From Phoronis australis (taxonomy: Eukaryota > Animalia > Phoronida): 64,000 nucleotides of DNA. Location of the stretch: NCBI GenBank assembly GCA_002633005.1, contig NMRA01000375.1:136241-200240 (forward strand). The letters are read 5' to 3'. The translations under genes were made by a program, and so were the position numbers. Positions 1-12,400 of the stretch are shown here, piece after piece (positions within the stretch are counted from its first letter, which is position 1; each line of letters opens with the position of its first letter). Under the pieces are notes generated by a model that saw only the letters and a program-made list of their open reading frames with translations, did not search any database and was not told the DNA's origin.

Positions 1-380
1 TAAAAATGGCCACTAGGTGGCGCAAACTATGTCGAATCCATCTGAAAACGGCAGGATAGCGTCATCTCACTAATAAGTGCCTACATACCAAATTTCATGA
101 AAATCCGTTAAGGACTTTTGAAGATACAAAGGTAAGCGTAAAAAACTAAAATTGCCACTAGGGGGCACACCGGTAGTCGGATCCGTCCGAAAGTTCGCAC
201 ATGCCGTCCCATTTATGAATGGAACATATGTGCTAAATTTCATGAACGTATGTCAAAGGGTTTTGGAGATAGAGCAGCGGACGCCGGACGCCGGACGCCA
301 GACGCCGCCCGGACGGACGGACGGACGGACAGAGATGACGGCATAATGCATCCACATATAAATATGTGGGCGCATAAAAA
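1..380 (+). mobile_element. Non-autonomous Helentron-like (HINE/pearl-type) element, 3' part, in an RTCA intron
   Basis: Two degenerate ~145-bp core repeats (from 1 and ~147, each with GCCACTAGG.GGC and AAATTTCATGAA), then GGACGCC/GGAC microsatellite (~279-331), then a terminal hairpin CCACATAT-AA-ATATGTGG (~352-369). Family assignment is by structure only. Confidence 0.5.
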
Positions 381-697
381 GCGGAAATCCGCGTTTCCGC
401 GGAAAATTCCAAGCCCTGATTCAGACCGCTATTCAATACAACTATTATGGGCCTTTTGTTGTTTGTTTGTTTGTTTGTGCTGAGATCTCGCGGTGACGCA
501 ACGTGGCATGAAAAGAAAGCTTCGCCTATCACTTAACAGGCTTACATTTCCGTGACTGAATTCGCGTTTTCTTATTTAACTAAGGCTTTGCTAGGACTAC
601 CTGATCAGCCTAATACATCTAAAATAACAAAATCCCATAATTGAAGTTAGGCTTTAAGAACATAATTATTCAAATTTTTGGAGTGACAGATACACAC

Positions 698-3087
698 CCT
701 GCTGTTTGAGTGTCGGCAGCATACTCTCCGCCTCTCACATGGACGGGGGTCAGCTGTACTTTAGTGGAGTTAACGTGACCGCCCTGCAATGTTCCACCAC
801 TGATGTCCCGTATCACTTCAAGTCCTTTCAAATGTTGTGGTCTGAAAACAGGCTTGCCAAGTTGTAGTTTTGAATTCAAAACAGAGACTTGCTACCTTTG
901 TCAAGCCTACGGCCATATTACTTCAATTTCACCAATCCTGGTTCAACTTGGTTGCAACATTGTTCCATCAAGGTTAATTCGGACCACCCTTTTTTCATCC
1001 AATGTTGTTCTGCTGTGCCATGTTCATTGTTAATCTCCATCACTCAAAGTATTCAACACAAACCATATTCTAAATGAATCACGTAACTTTTAAATTGAAC
1101 TAGTCCGGATAACGTCCAGGGTGCTTGAAAAAGTGGAACTAAAACAATCAGTGGTTTTCAAGCTGAGCATAAGTACCATAATGGTAAAACAAATAGTGCA
1201 GTGCATGAAAGGCTTAGTTTCCAAACTATGTACACAAAAGTGAATCTCAGCAATTTCATTCAGGTAAATGTAAGAGCTCATCGACTTGTCGGTGTATTTA
1301 GTCTGTAGTATGCGATTTTGACTTTATACCAAGCTGCTCTGAGTTGGATCACGTGACTATGTCCGTTAATGAGTAAAATTTAGCAAAAAGAAAGGTACAG
1401 GTGTACATCGTAACAAAAGGATGGTATGAATAAGATGACAAAATTCCGTTTGACATAAATGTCCAAAATGGAATGTCAAAAACGCTACTACAGTTTCCCA
1501 GTTTATCATATTTTTGTTTTACACTACTTTTGAATTTTTTCACAATAGTCACGAAAGTCCTATTTTTTGATAGACCCTTATAGACAAATGGAAAATTTTA
1601 AAAACAATTCCAAACAGCCTTTTTCAGAATAGTGCATAAAGTATATGATGTCTAAAAAGGTGAATCCGATCAACCATTTGTGATTCTGAGATACGATGTG
1701 CCAAAGTTTGCCAAAATTGACCATTTTTCGAGGGTCTTACACAACCTTAGTAATAAAGCAATATATTCAAATAAAACACACATTTGAATAAAACATGATT
1801 AGCATGCGAGTCATTTTCACAAAATGTTACATTTTACAGGTTCCATATCTTGAAATCAAAGTAAGCACTATCCATTATAATATGCCACTTATTGGTCACA
1901 ACTTAAAGTAACTAATATAAACAGTACCTCAACCCTGGTTTGTCTCTGCCAGCTCTGATGTTGTCAACTTGAATAGGCTTACATAAGAGACAGCTAAAGG
2001 CGGCTGCATTCCTCAGAATCTGACCTCCCTGCATAAAAATAGACGAAAGACTGAAGATGGCAGTTACATTAGATGCAGTTTAAACCAAGACATTCATACA
2101 GAAGATAATGGCTACGCTGCGATAAAGGGTAAGGCAGCTATTGACTGAAGAATGAAAAGGTGTTACTAGAAGTATTGGATATTTCCGGCCTTATGAAAAA
2201 TACATAAAAATTATGCGAAATAGCCCTCGTCAGGCCCATAAATTCCCCTCCAATGACTAAAAACTTCTCATCATGGTTAGAATCATTTAATCTGCAAAGC
2301 CATACTTTAAAATAGTCACCACGGGGGAGGGAGAAATTTTCCCCTCAATCAAAAAATCCATAGACACATTTCCTCTCAGGATAGCAATAAAGGGCCTTGA
2401 ATAGATTGGATATTGGATATAAACACAGACTGTCAATTATAGGTCAGCTGACCAAGAAAGTCGGGACCTTGCAGTCACAAGAAAACATGGCTGTCAACAG
2501 ACAACTTTACCTGCATGTGGCCAAGTAAACTGCATTGGTAATAGGGATGACTATTTAATTGTAAGGGTAAAGGCTCAAATAACAATAAACAGGATAAAAG
2601 TTTATTGATAGGCAAGTCTGAACTTAATGGGCTTTCTGGTTTTTTAGTTTCTTTTCATCAAAAAATTATCGCCACCCATGATGACCAGTTGGCAAGTTAC
2701 CCATGGCCATGAGGGACATCAATGCTGCCCCAGAGAAGACCAATTGGCTAGTATACAACAACCACCAACTGCCTACTTGTTTAGCGTAGGGTTACCGGTT
2801 AGAAATCCTTGTCACTGCAGTTACTTACTGATAGTTGTAGCTGTGAGGTGGCAACGTTTCAGTGAAATATACCGAAAGTCATCAGAAAGTCCAACAAGTT
2901 CTGACTCAGAGTCAGACTTAGTACCTGTCATTGTCAATAAACATTGATGTACTTTGATTCTTTACTCTTGAATTAAGTTAAATCAATTACCAGCATTAAT
3001 CTGTTATCAATGATTAGGGTCACTGATTAAATGAATACATACACCTTCAAGTTGACTGCCATCAATATGCACAGCATTTGTGGCCAT
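698..3087 (-). CDS. RTCA: RNA 3'-terminal phosphate cyclase, first three coding exons (gene continues past the window start)
   Basis: Exons 3087-3043 ([15 protein letters not shown]), 2028-1928 ([34 protein letters not shown]), 841-698 ([16 protein letters not shown]...[10 protein letters not shown]). All GT-AG with compatible phases. Contains the RtcA N-terminal motifs DGSxxEGGGQILR and IRAGRxxPGLRPQH. Confidence 0.95.
1260..1745 (+). repeat. Old interspersed repeat family A, copy 1 (related copies ~10850-11335 on minus, ~18290-18600 on plus)
   Basis: By-eye shared blocks: TCGACT.GTC.GTGTA.TAGTC, CACGTGACTATGTC...TTTAGCAAAAA, AAAAACAATTC..AACAGC.TTTT. Copies are strongly diverged and boundaries approximate. 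Confidence 0.5.
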
Positions 3088-3443
3088 GTTAATTTGGGCT
3101 TTTGTAGAATACTGGTTTGTGACGGTTATTGGGCGTAGCAACGTCCATAAACGAGATACAGAGCTGCGAATTATTACGATCACCTGCACACTGCTGGTCG
3201 TGTTGTGGGAGTTTACATAAACAACACAATTAGAGTTTTAAATTCTTGTCTTTGTTTATTTATATAATCAATTTTCAAAAACTTTTGAGAATTGTTGTTT
3301 TATTTTTAAAAATTACTCAATTAAAATCTTTATTATGCAAACTTTTTGCGTATTTATTAAAAATCAATACAATTGGTAGTTACTGTTTTAGTTATTCATG
3401 TAGCACTTCGGGTCAAGGTCACGGGTACCTGTGATGCGAAGAT
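3088..3443. promoter_or_regulatory. Putative bidirectional promoter and 5' UTRs shared by RTCA and DBT
   Basis: Only 356 bp separate the divergent start codons (RTCA ATG at 3087 minus, DBT ATG at 3444 plus). AT-rich core at ~3240-3400. Confidence 0.7.
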
Positions 3444-6400
3444 ATGGCAATGTTGGCCAAGTTTGTGCTGAGGAGCCGACTGCTGCGGGCTGTCACCAAG
3501 GTAGTAGAATGCAATCTAATGTTACATGGTGCAATGGTACCGAATGTTACTTTTGATAAAAATTTTGTAGTTACTGTCCTATTATGTGTTGTGAAAGCGT
3601 TCCTTTTGTTAATCAGTTCGAGATGATTAACCTCTGGCTCTGACACTGTCTGTTGTTTAGTGTTTACTATTTGACTCACAAGCGTCCTCAGCTTCTGATC
3701 GTCCCCAATACATTATATGTAATACTACAAGGTATGGCACTCGGGACAAGGAATTCCACGGGTGCTTCAATTCAGCCATCCTTAGCAAACACAAAACTCA
3801 ATAAGTTTACATAAAACAGCTAGGCTTTCAATAAACCATTGTTTATTTGACTTGAAATTCATCGCTTTTCAGGTAAGATGTGCGTGTCCTTCGAAGCGGT
3901 CGTTGGGGTATTTGGTCAAGTGTGCACAATTGACAAACGCTTCCAGAATAAGCGCTCATAGATTCCACACAGCGTCAGGTAAGATAACACACTCACTTTG
4001 TGTTTAAAACCCGGGCTGAATGCTTTGTATCCAGCAACTATAATATCTTTCACGGGGTAGTTCTTCATAACATGGGGATTTTCAATGTGATAATGAACTG
4101 CTTAGGTTGAGTTTGATACAATCTCTTGCAGTACACCTACCGTTGCAATATATTGTTGTCTGCCTAATACACACGGTGTTAAATTAACTGTACTTTATTT
4201 AGAGAGCTCTGATCTTATACCCATTGATTTACCCCTCTGTATCATGTTTTCTTTAATAAATTGATCCAATTTTCATTTCAGCATGTTATGGTGAAGTAGT
4301 CCAGTTCAAGTTGTCAGATATTGGTGAAGGTATCCGGGAAGTGGAAGTCAAAGATTGGTAATCAATGAATTTTCCAACACTAAATTTCTTAGTGTACCTT
4401 AAAACAGTTCAGCCAAATATTACTTGGCTCTTCTCCGTACCCAATTCATTTTGAAATTATGCAAGTTCATCATTAATTAAAGAAAAAAGTACACGCCCAC
4501 ATCAATTTCTTTGAAAAAGGTATAAAAGTACAGTTTTTAAATGCTGATACTTGTCCAGTGAGGCATAAGTGTTTGTGCATGATGCACTGGTTCTGTACAA
4601 AAACACAATATTAATATCGTTTAAAATATTCCCAACCTCTTTCATACCCTTGCCTGGTAGTATTGTTTTGTTCGACCAGACATTTGATTTGTGTCTGATG
4701 ATTCTCTTTAATTAATTTTCCTCGCATTAGGCTTTTAACCAACTTTACATGGTTGCCACATTCAGGAGATGGGAACCACTCTTACCACACACTGCAAAAA
4801 CTTGTTCCACATACAGAAAGTTACCACTTTACTCCAACGTCATTCAGACGCTTACAAGGTTTGGTGGAGTCACCAAAAACAACACACAACTATAGACACT
4901 GAGCTGTGCTATTGTCCGTGGTATGTGAGCCAGAGTGTGGTTGGACGTCTGGTTTTGTTGTAAGCTTATTTTGTGCGTGGTAAGAGTTTTTGCAGTGCGT
5001 GGTAAGGTTGCGGGTGTGGTGAAAATTAGTTTCTATACATTCCACTGCTAGAAAAGTCTTGGTTAGTTTGTTGGAAATCTGTGTTCACCTCAACCTTTTT
5101 TCGTTTATTGCAGTAGCAAGATTGGAGTTTGAGGGGACGAGTTTGGCTCACTTGTATCAAGGTTAAAAAACCCAAAAAAGCTTTTGTCTCAATATTTTAT
5201 GGGTTGAAACCATTTTGAATCCGTGTAACCACATTGTATAGGGCAAATGAATACAAAATATGGCATGGGGACTCAAAATATGAGTGTGGTCATCAAATTT
5301 GAGTGTGGGGTTCAAAATTTGAGCACGCTCAAAAAGCCTACTAGTGAGAACCCGTCTTTTGGTAAATTGTTCTGTCCACCAACTGTTCAAGAATGTAAAA
5401 CGACTAATAGGTCAGTGCAATAAGTGAGGTGGACATTCTATGTAATTATACAAATCATTTCACTTTTTTCTTCAGGTTTGTAAAGGAAGGCGATGTTGTC
5501 GCTCAATTTGACAGCATTTGTGAAGTGAAGAGTGACAAGGCATCTGTCACCATTACAAGTCGTTACGACGGCGTCATTAAGAAGCTTTATTACGATATTG
5601 ATGACATCGCCCTTGTAGGTCAACCTCTGGTTGACATTGAACTGAGTGAAGGAGTATCACGTAAGTCTGTGTGCAGTCTCTCTCAATGTGGGCAGAGAGT
5701 TACACTACATGCAGTGTAAAAGTATTCAGACAAAATTACCCAGAATTCTCTATTATGGCAGCCTGGCAGAAGACAAATTCAACGTCAGAGTAGCATGTCC
5801 TTATGACAGACAATGGTGAGGAATTGAATGGAAAATTAGTAAGGTGGCCAAGTCATTCTGTTATTAGATTTTTGCTTCCCCAATAGTTATTAAAAGTCAC
5901 TTTACTGTTATAAAAAGATTCTGAATTAGAAGTCATGATGGGAGGTGGTCTAATTACTTTTGTCTTGAACTGTAAATGTTGTATTGAAAATTATATGGCA
6001 GCCATCTTGTATACAAAGGTGGTTAAACACGAGGTAGTATTTGTCTTTTGACTTGTTGTATGCATACTCGCTCAGGTTCTTAGTTTACACCTTTGTTTGT
6101 CTAATGGTGAACACTTTAAAGATGTATTTGCATGCTCCTAACTATATTTAATGCATTGCAGGAACTAAATGGCAATGCTATTTTAACATAATCAACGCTA
6201 AACAAAGTGCAGTTGTATTCAATGACAACTTGTAAATGTGAAAACAAAAAAATTGTACAAACTGGTGACCTTTGCACTAATGACGTACCTCGTGGGCTCC
6301 CATAGCCCACATCATGCTGTGTTATTTCCTAGTACCACGTCACGGTACTTACTGGACACTTGTCAGTAATTTACAGCGGATCATTTTTGCCGCAAATCTC

Positions 6401-9400
6401 GTTCTGAAGAACATTTGGCAATTTTCAATCTGCTTCATATTCATATTGTTGCTAATGATATGTTTGTAATTAATGTGGCCCAGCAACCACAGAGATATAA
6501 AGGAATTAGCCTGCAAGTCCCACTTCAAGCCATGTTTCTGTCTCGTCAGATTCATATGGTTAGTGCACTTCAATATGTTGGACAAGTGAAACTTTATTTT
6601 GTCAACAAGGCGTGTTTACTTTATTATGTTTTGTACGCTACGAGTCTACAGCAGTGATAAAACAAGACTCCAGTGATTTGTTTAGCATGAATAAAATCAG
6701 CAAAAAATAGAAAATTGTTCATTGATAATAATTTTTGTTCAAAATTGAAGAGAAAATACAGTTAGCATTCAAGTTTACATGTTGAGTGATGATCAAAGTT
6801 AGGTAAAATAATGATCCAATTACTCACACTATCGTATCAACTGTGTATTATGCAACTCAGATTCAATCCCAAAGAATCTACCCTTACCTTTCTCTTAATA
6901 TCAACAGAGTCTGCAGATGTGTTTTGTATAAAATAAACGTTAGATCATAACCATTTTCTCATTTATGTTAGCCATATATTACTTGAGCTGGGTCTAGGAT
7001 GAGAAGCAGGTGCTCACAATGGTATGAGATGCACAATTCATAGCATGCAAGTTTAACCTAAAAATAACCAATCTCTGACACTCAATATTGGGGAGTCTGT
7101 CGAATCTTTGACTGTAACAATTACTCTTTCAGTATCATATGATAGTTTGCTCTTATCAATAAGCAGTAACTAAATAAATTTAAAATAAATCAGATGCAGA
7201 GAGAAGTCTGCTGTGTCATCCAGCAAGTGAGCTGGGAAATGTGCTGCCTTCTTTACAATTCTTTTATTCCTAACTGATGATTAGTTGATTGTCCTTGACT
7301 GTTCTCTTTTGGGATTTGTTGATTTCAATTGATTGTTTTCTGTTCTCATCTGTGATTTGTTGATTGCCTTGGGTTGTTTGTGTTATTGCTTGTGATTTGT
7401 TGATTGCCTTTGACACAATTTGTGTATTGGCCTGGACCACACTTTGTTCTCTTTTACAATCGGTTGGTTGTCCCGGACTGTTCTTTGTTCTCACTTGTGA
7501 TTGGTTAATTGCAGCATCAAGGACAGAAGGTCAAGTAGATGAATTACCTCATGACATGACAACAGACATAGAGGAACAACAAACCACACAGACAGTGAAG
7601 GGACTGAAAGTGTTGGCTACACCTGCAGTTCGAAGAATAGCTAGAGAGTATCAAGTAAGTTGTGTGACAATTAGAAAAATTAATTGGTTTTAAATTTAGG
7701 TATACCTAGGGATAGCTACCTAGCAACAGGAAGGGTCAAAGGCAAAGACACACCTTCAATCGAGAGATGTTTGAGTCTGCTTAATAAGGTCTCTTTTTAT
7801 AAAAAATTCTTCAAATAAACAAGGTTTAGAATAATTGCTAATTTTAGTTACCCTGATACATGGTGGAGAACATTGAATAAAATGACTTTCAACTGTTCGA
7901 AAGACACAAAAGAACATTGGTTCCAATACTGTGTAATTCACTGAATACTGCCAGCCAACTAATTATTTGCATATTAAATTAAAATAGAAACATATGATTT
8001 ATGCTCTTTTTGTGGAGAGCACAGTGAAAATATTCATCATCCAGTGAATGTTGTCCTGTCTCCCATTTCTGGCTCCTGTTTGCTGAATGGTTAAAACAGA
8101 CATATCTTGTAAATTTCCATGTGGACAAAGTAAAGATGTTTTTTGGGAAACACTCAGTGGGAAAACTGAAACAAAAACCTGTTGATAATATTAACAAAAT
8201 ACCATGTCAGTTCATTAAAAACTCAATTTATAAAATGTCTGTTAACTTTGTCAAGTTACGTTCTGAAGATAATGTGGTAGTTGTTGATTATTCATGATTG
8301 TAAATTATGTTAATTACATTGTGTTCTATTGTAATTATTTTATGTTTATGTTAGAGCGATATAAATGCATTGCAACAATAAATGCTTTCATTAACTGCAC
8401 GCTAATGCGCATTTATGGGCAAAATTTACTGAAATTTGCTGGATACTAGCACCACCTCCCCCCCCTCCCAGTATTGGTTATCACATCTACTTCCTGATGA
8501 TACAACCTCAATGCATTATGACACGTCCTTACTTACTCTTATGTTAGTTAAACCCTGTCAACACATCCCCTCCACCAAATCAACTCTCATACTGATGCAA
8601 GTCTCTATTCATATGTTAGGTTAACCTCAGTGAAGTGAGTGGATCAGGTAAAGATGGACGTATACTCAAGGAAGATATTCTGGCATTTGTACAAAAGGCC
8701 ACAGGTGTGACGACCCCAGGTACTCTCTGTTACAATCTGATGAATGCAGATGTGCCATATTCCTATTTATTTTTTTTTTGTGAAATTTAGTTCTTACTTG
8801 GCACCTCTCATCTGATATCTACCTCAAAATGAATGAGGTTAAATTTTCTTCATTGGTCTTGCACAGATATTTCAGTTTTTAATGAGTCGTTTCATATTTC
8901 AAATCATCTTAGGCTTATGCTAGGCTATCTCAGTCTCAGAATTCCACAAAAAATTGTACGTAACTTGCAAAAAATAGCTGTTACTTTCCACTTTTTCTAT
9001 TGAATCCAAAATCTGTCAAATGTGTTTTAGAAAATACCTTAATTGCGTTAATCTTTTTAAGATTGGGGTATTCTGATCACATTCTTATTGAAAGTCGTTT
9101 TAATCAGATTTTTCCCAACTTTTAATGGAGTTTGTGTTTCTTGGGAATGTTTTTACGTCGACTGTAAGCCTTCTCTTACCACACTAAAGTGTTACCCCAA
9201 CTAAGATCTCATCTTGCACTTCTCTTTCAGATGTCTCGCCACCCGTGATGCCTCCTGAGATCAAAGTACCCGAGCCAAGTGCTCCTGCCCAGACCCCATC
9301 TGCAGTTGTGCCCCCTAGAGTGCGAGTCGTGACTCCCATCGGGCAGGACCGCACGGAGCCAATCCGCGGTGTACGCAAAGCGATGGTGAAAACAATGACC

Positions 9401-12400
9401 GCGTCAACACTAATCCCTCACATGGGTATTCTAGATGAGGTGGATATGACAGAACTGGTACACATGAGAAATGAGTGGAAAGAGACGGCTGAAGCCAGGG
9501 GGGTCAGGTTCTCCTTTATGCCTGTTATTCTCAAGGTAGGGTACNCACAATGTTCGTTTACTCAATCATAGATCATTGACAGTGGATTCTCAGGTCTGAT
9601 ATTTTGTTATGAAATTCACAGCAGAGGCACCTCTTACATCCTGTACTTCCAATTAGTCTATTGGTATGGGAAATTCTTGCTTCTATTTTAATGCCTGGCA
9701 ACACTGTGACAAAAGAAAGCATTTCAGCTTTGAAAAGCTGTTCATCTGCATCCCTTTTGTAAAATCGCTGATTCAAGTTGAGTAATTTTTGCAGTAATTC
9801 AGGAAGTGCAGTTGCACAATTCAAATTCTAGTGACACACATCATAGTCAGCAGGCATACATACAGTAAAACAGGCCAATTCTGAATGTGCTGTTTTGAAA
9901 CAACTTCACAGATCTTGTGTACTGAGAATATACAGAGACCATGTCCTTTACTCTACGATTCCATTCAGTATACACAGATCATTCAAGACTTGGGAAGACT
10001 CGTTATGCCGTATGGCTCTTGGGTTTATTCATAAAGTTTCGTTAAATCTCAATAACAGGTACATCAACAGGGTGGGTTGTCCAGTCCTTTCAATCGCTGT
10101 TTTGTGATCATGATTTTTATGAAATACTGGAATATTGTGTTTCTAGGCGGTTTCCATGGCTCTGCATCATTACCCTATACTGAACGCACAACTTGATGAC
10201 AAGTGTGAAAATGTCATATACAAGGTAAACTAATGTTGATCAAGTATTGTTCTAGGTAATGCCATGAAAAGAATGCTTTCAATTGTTTCCTATCTATGGG
10301 GTTTGTTGATACTCAATGAGCCTATTTGAAGGCCACACAAACAAAATTTTGTCAGTGGTGGTTGTGTAACCTGTTTCCAAAAAATAATTCAATTACAATT
10401 CATAATTATTGTTACTAGGTTTAGTTAGGTCTCGCATTGTTCCCATTAATGTATTTAACTTTGAAGTAAAATGTTATGTCCAACGAGTTAATACCAAGAA
10501 TGTAATATGTTTTTCTGTAGTACAAAATACTCAGTTTTCTTCTTGCTGTGTTTCCAGTTCCTTGGGTGCTTTTTTTAGAAATATGGTGACTGTCTTTCCA
10601 TTGCAGGCCTCTCACAACATTGGGTTTGCTCTGGACTCGGCTGCTGGACTATTGGTACCCAACATTAAGAATGTGGAGCAGTTAACAGTCTTTGAAGTGG
10701 CTCAAGAGTTACACAGACTCGTGGAACTGGGGAGGGTGGATAAACTGGGCACTGAAGACCTGACAGGGGGGACGTTCAGTATATCTAATATTGGCTCTGT
10801 GAGTTGGCAATATTCATTTTGTGTTTTTATTTTCCATTTTTTGTTACGCTTTTATGGGAGTCTAGAAAATTGTGCAATTTTTTTAAATCACAGTAATGAC
10901 TGATGGCATTTATATGAAACTTTCAAATATGATTTTTTGAGCACTGTTCTCCAAAACGCTGTTAGGAAATGTTTTTAAGTTGTTCTGCATTTATATGAGG
11001 GGCTGTGTCAGAATAAGAGGGCTTCTGTGATTTTTTTTAATTAAATGAAAAAACTCAAAAGTTGCATATGATGAAAACAAAACAATATTTTAGAAAACTA
11101 AATCTTTTTGGAACTCATCCTGTTCATGTTACTAATACCTTTATTTTTTGCTAAATGCTTCTAAAAAGACATAGTCACGTGACCCATTTAATGGCAGACT
11201 GATTAAAAGTCAAAAATGGAATTCTTCAGGCTTTCTACTTTGTATACAGAAAATGTATACTTGTGCTGGGTTATAATCTGATGGATTTGTAGATATTTGG
11301 CTAAATAAATGGACTTGTCAATGAGGTTTTACATAATTATTAATTTAAAAGGATGGTAACCAGGATCTGTGGTCTACTCTTTGTACTCGCAATCGAACTC
11401 AGAATTATTTTCCAGTATTTTTCCATTCTACTTTTGTGTGAACTCATGATAAGTGTGTATTATTCTGTTCCCAAGTACATCATGGTTTATTCGTATGAGT
11501 TTCTCGTTCAAACTTGCACTTGATGACCCATAGATTCTATCTACATACCGAGCAAAATTCTGAGATCTTGAGTTTCTAATCATAATTTTGAGTTGAAACT
11601 CAAGCAGTTATGCTCGGGTCATCAAGTGTAAACTAGGATTAGACAGTTATACACATAAGCCATTATTTACTAGAGTATAGAATAACTCATCTTAAGTTTT
11701 TATAAAAGAAAAATAGAAATTGCCAAGAATAATATCAAGTTTGATTTTTAATAAGATTGTACCTGAGCCCTGTTCAGTGCGAATGGCCCTTCTGACATTG
11801 CAAGGTTTCATAAAATATATAATCATACATTTGTGAATATCCAGGTATCAAATGAGTATTATTAACAGGGCAGAGGGATGTTTAATGCATCTAGCGCAGG
11901 CTCGGTGATTTTCGGCTCTTTATGACCATTTTGGTATCGAGTTTTTGTTGTCTACATGACGGGGCATGTTCAGTACATTTAGTACATTACGTCTGGGGAG
12001 TGGACGCATGGACTGTTTGTGAGCTTAGTATAGCCTCGCATTCACTGGTATACTGGAAGCTTACTGTGAACACTAAACTAATTGTGTATAGGCCTACTTA
12101 AAAAGATTCTGACATGTAAAGTCACATCATGATTTTTGATATTTCGTATATTGGAGTCTGTGTCATGAAAAGTGTCTTAAGACTTCTAAGTCAGAAATTT
12201 GCTCCACATAACTTTTTCTTAATAATTATTTCATCTCACTTTAATCAAAAATACAAAGTCTCTGAGAACGTACACATGACTGCTAGTTACTGAGATAGTT
12301 TCTATAATTTATTTCTAGACTGTAGTGCACTCATAATTACTTGACTAAACCTTTGGGAAGAGGGAGCATAAGACTGAATTTCTGTCTTAAGTCTTAAATC

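Noticed and set aside
9545-9545. Single N in DBT intron 7 as another duplication junction
   Set aside because: No repeated sequence seen on either side and the DBT exon chain is continuous.
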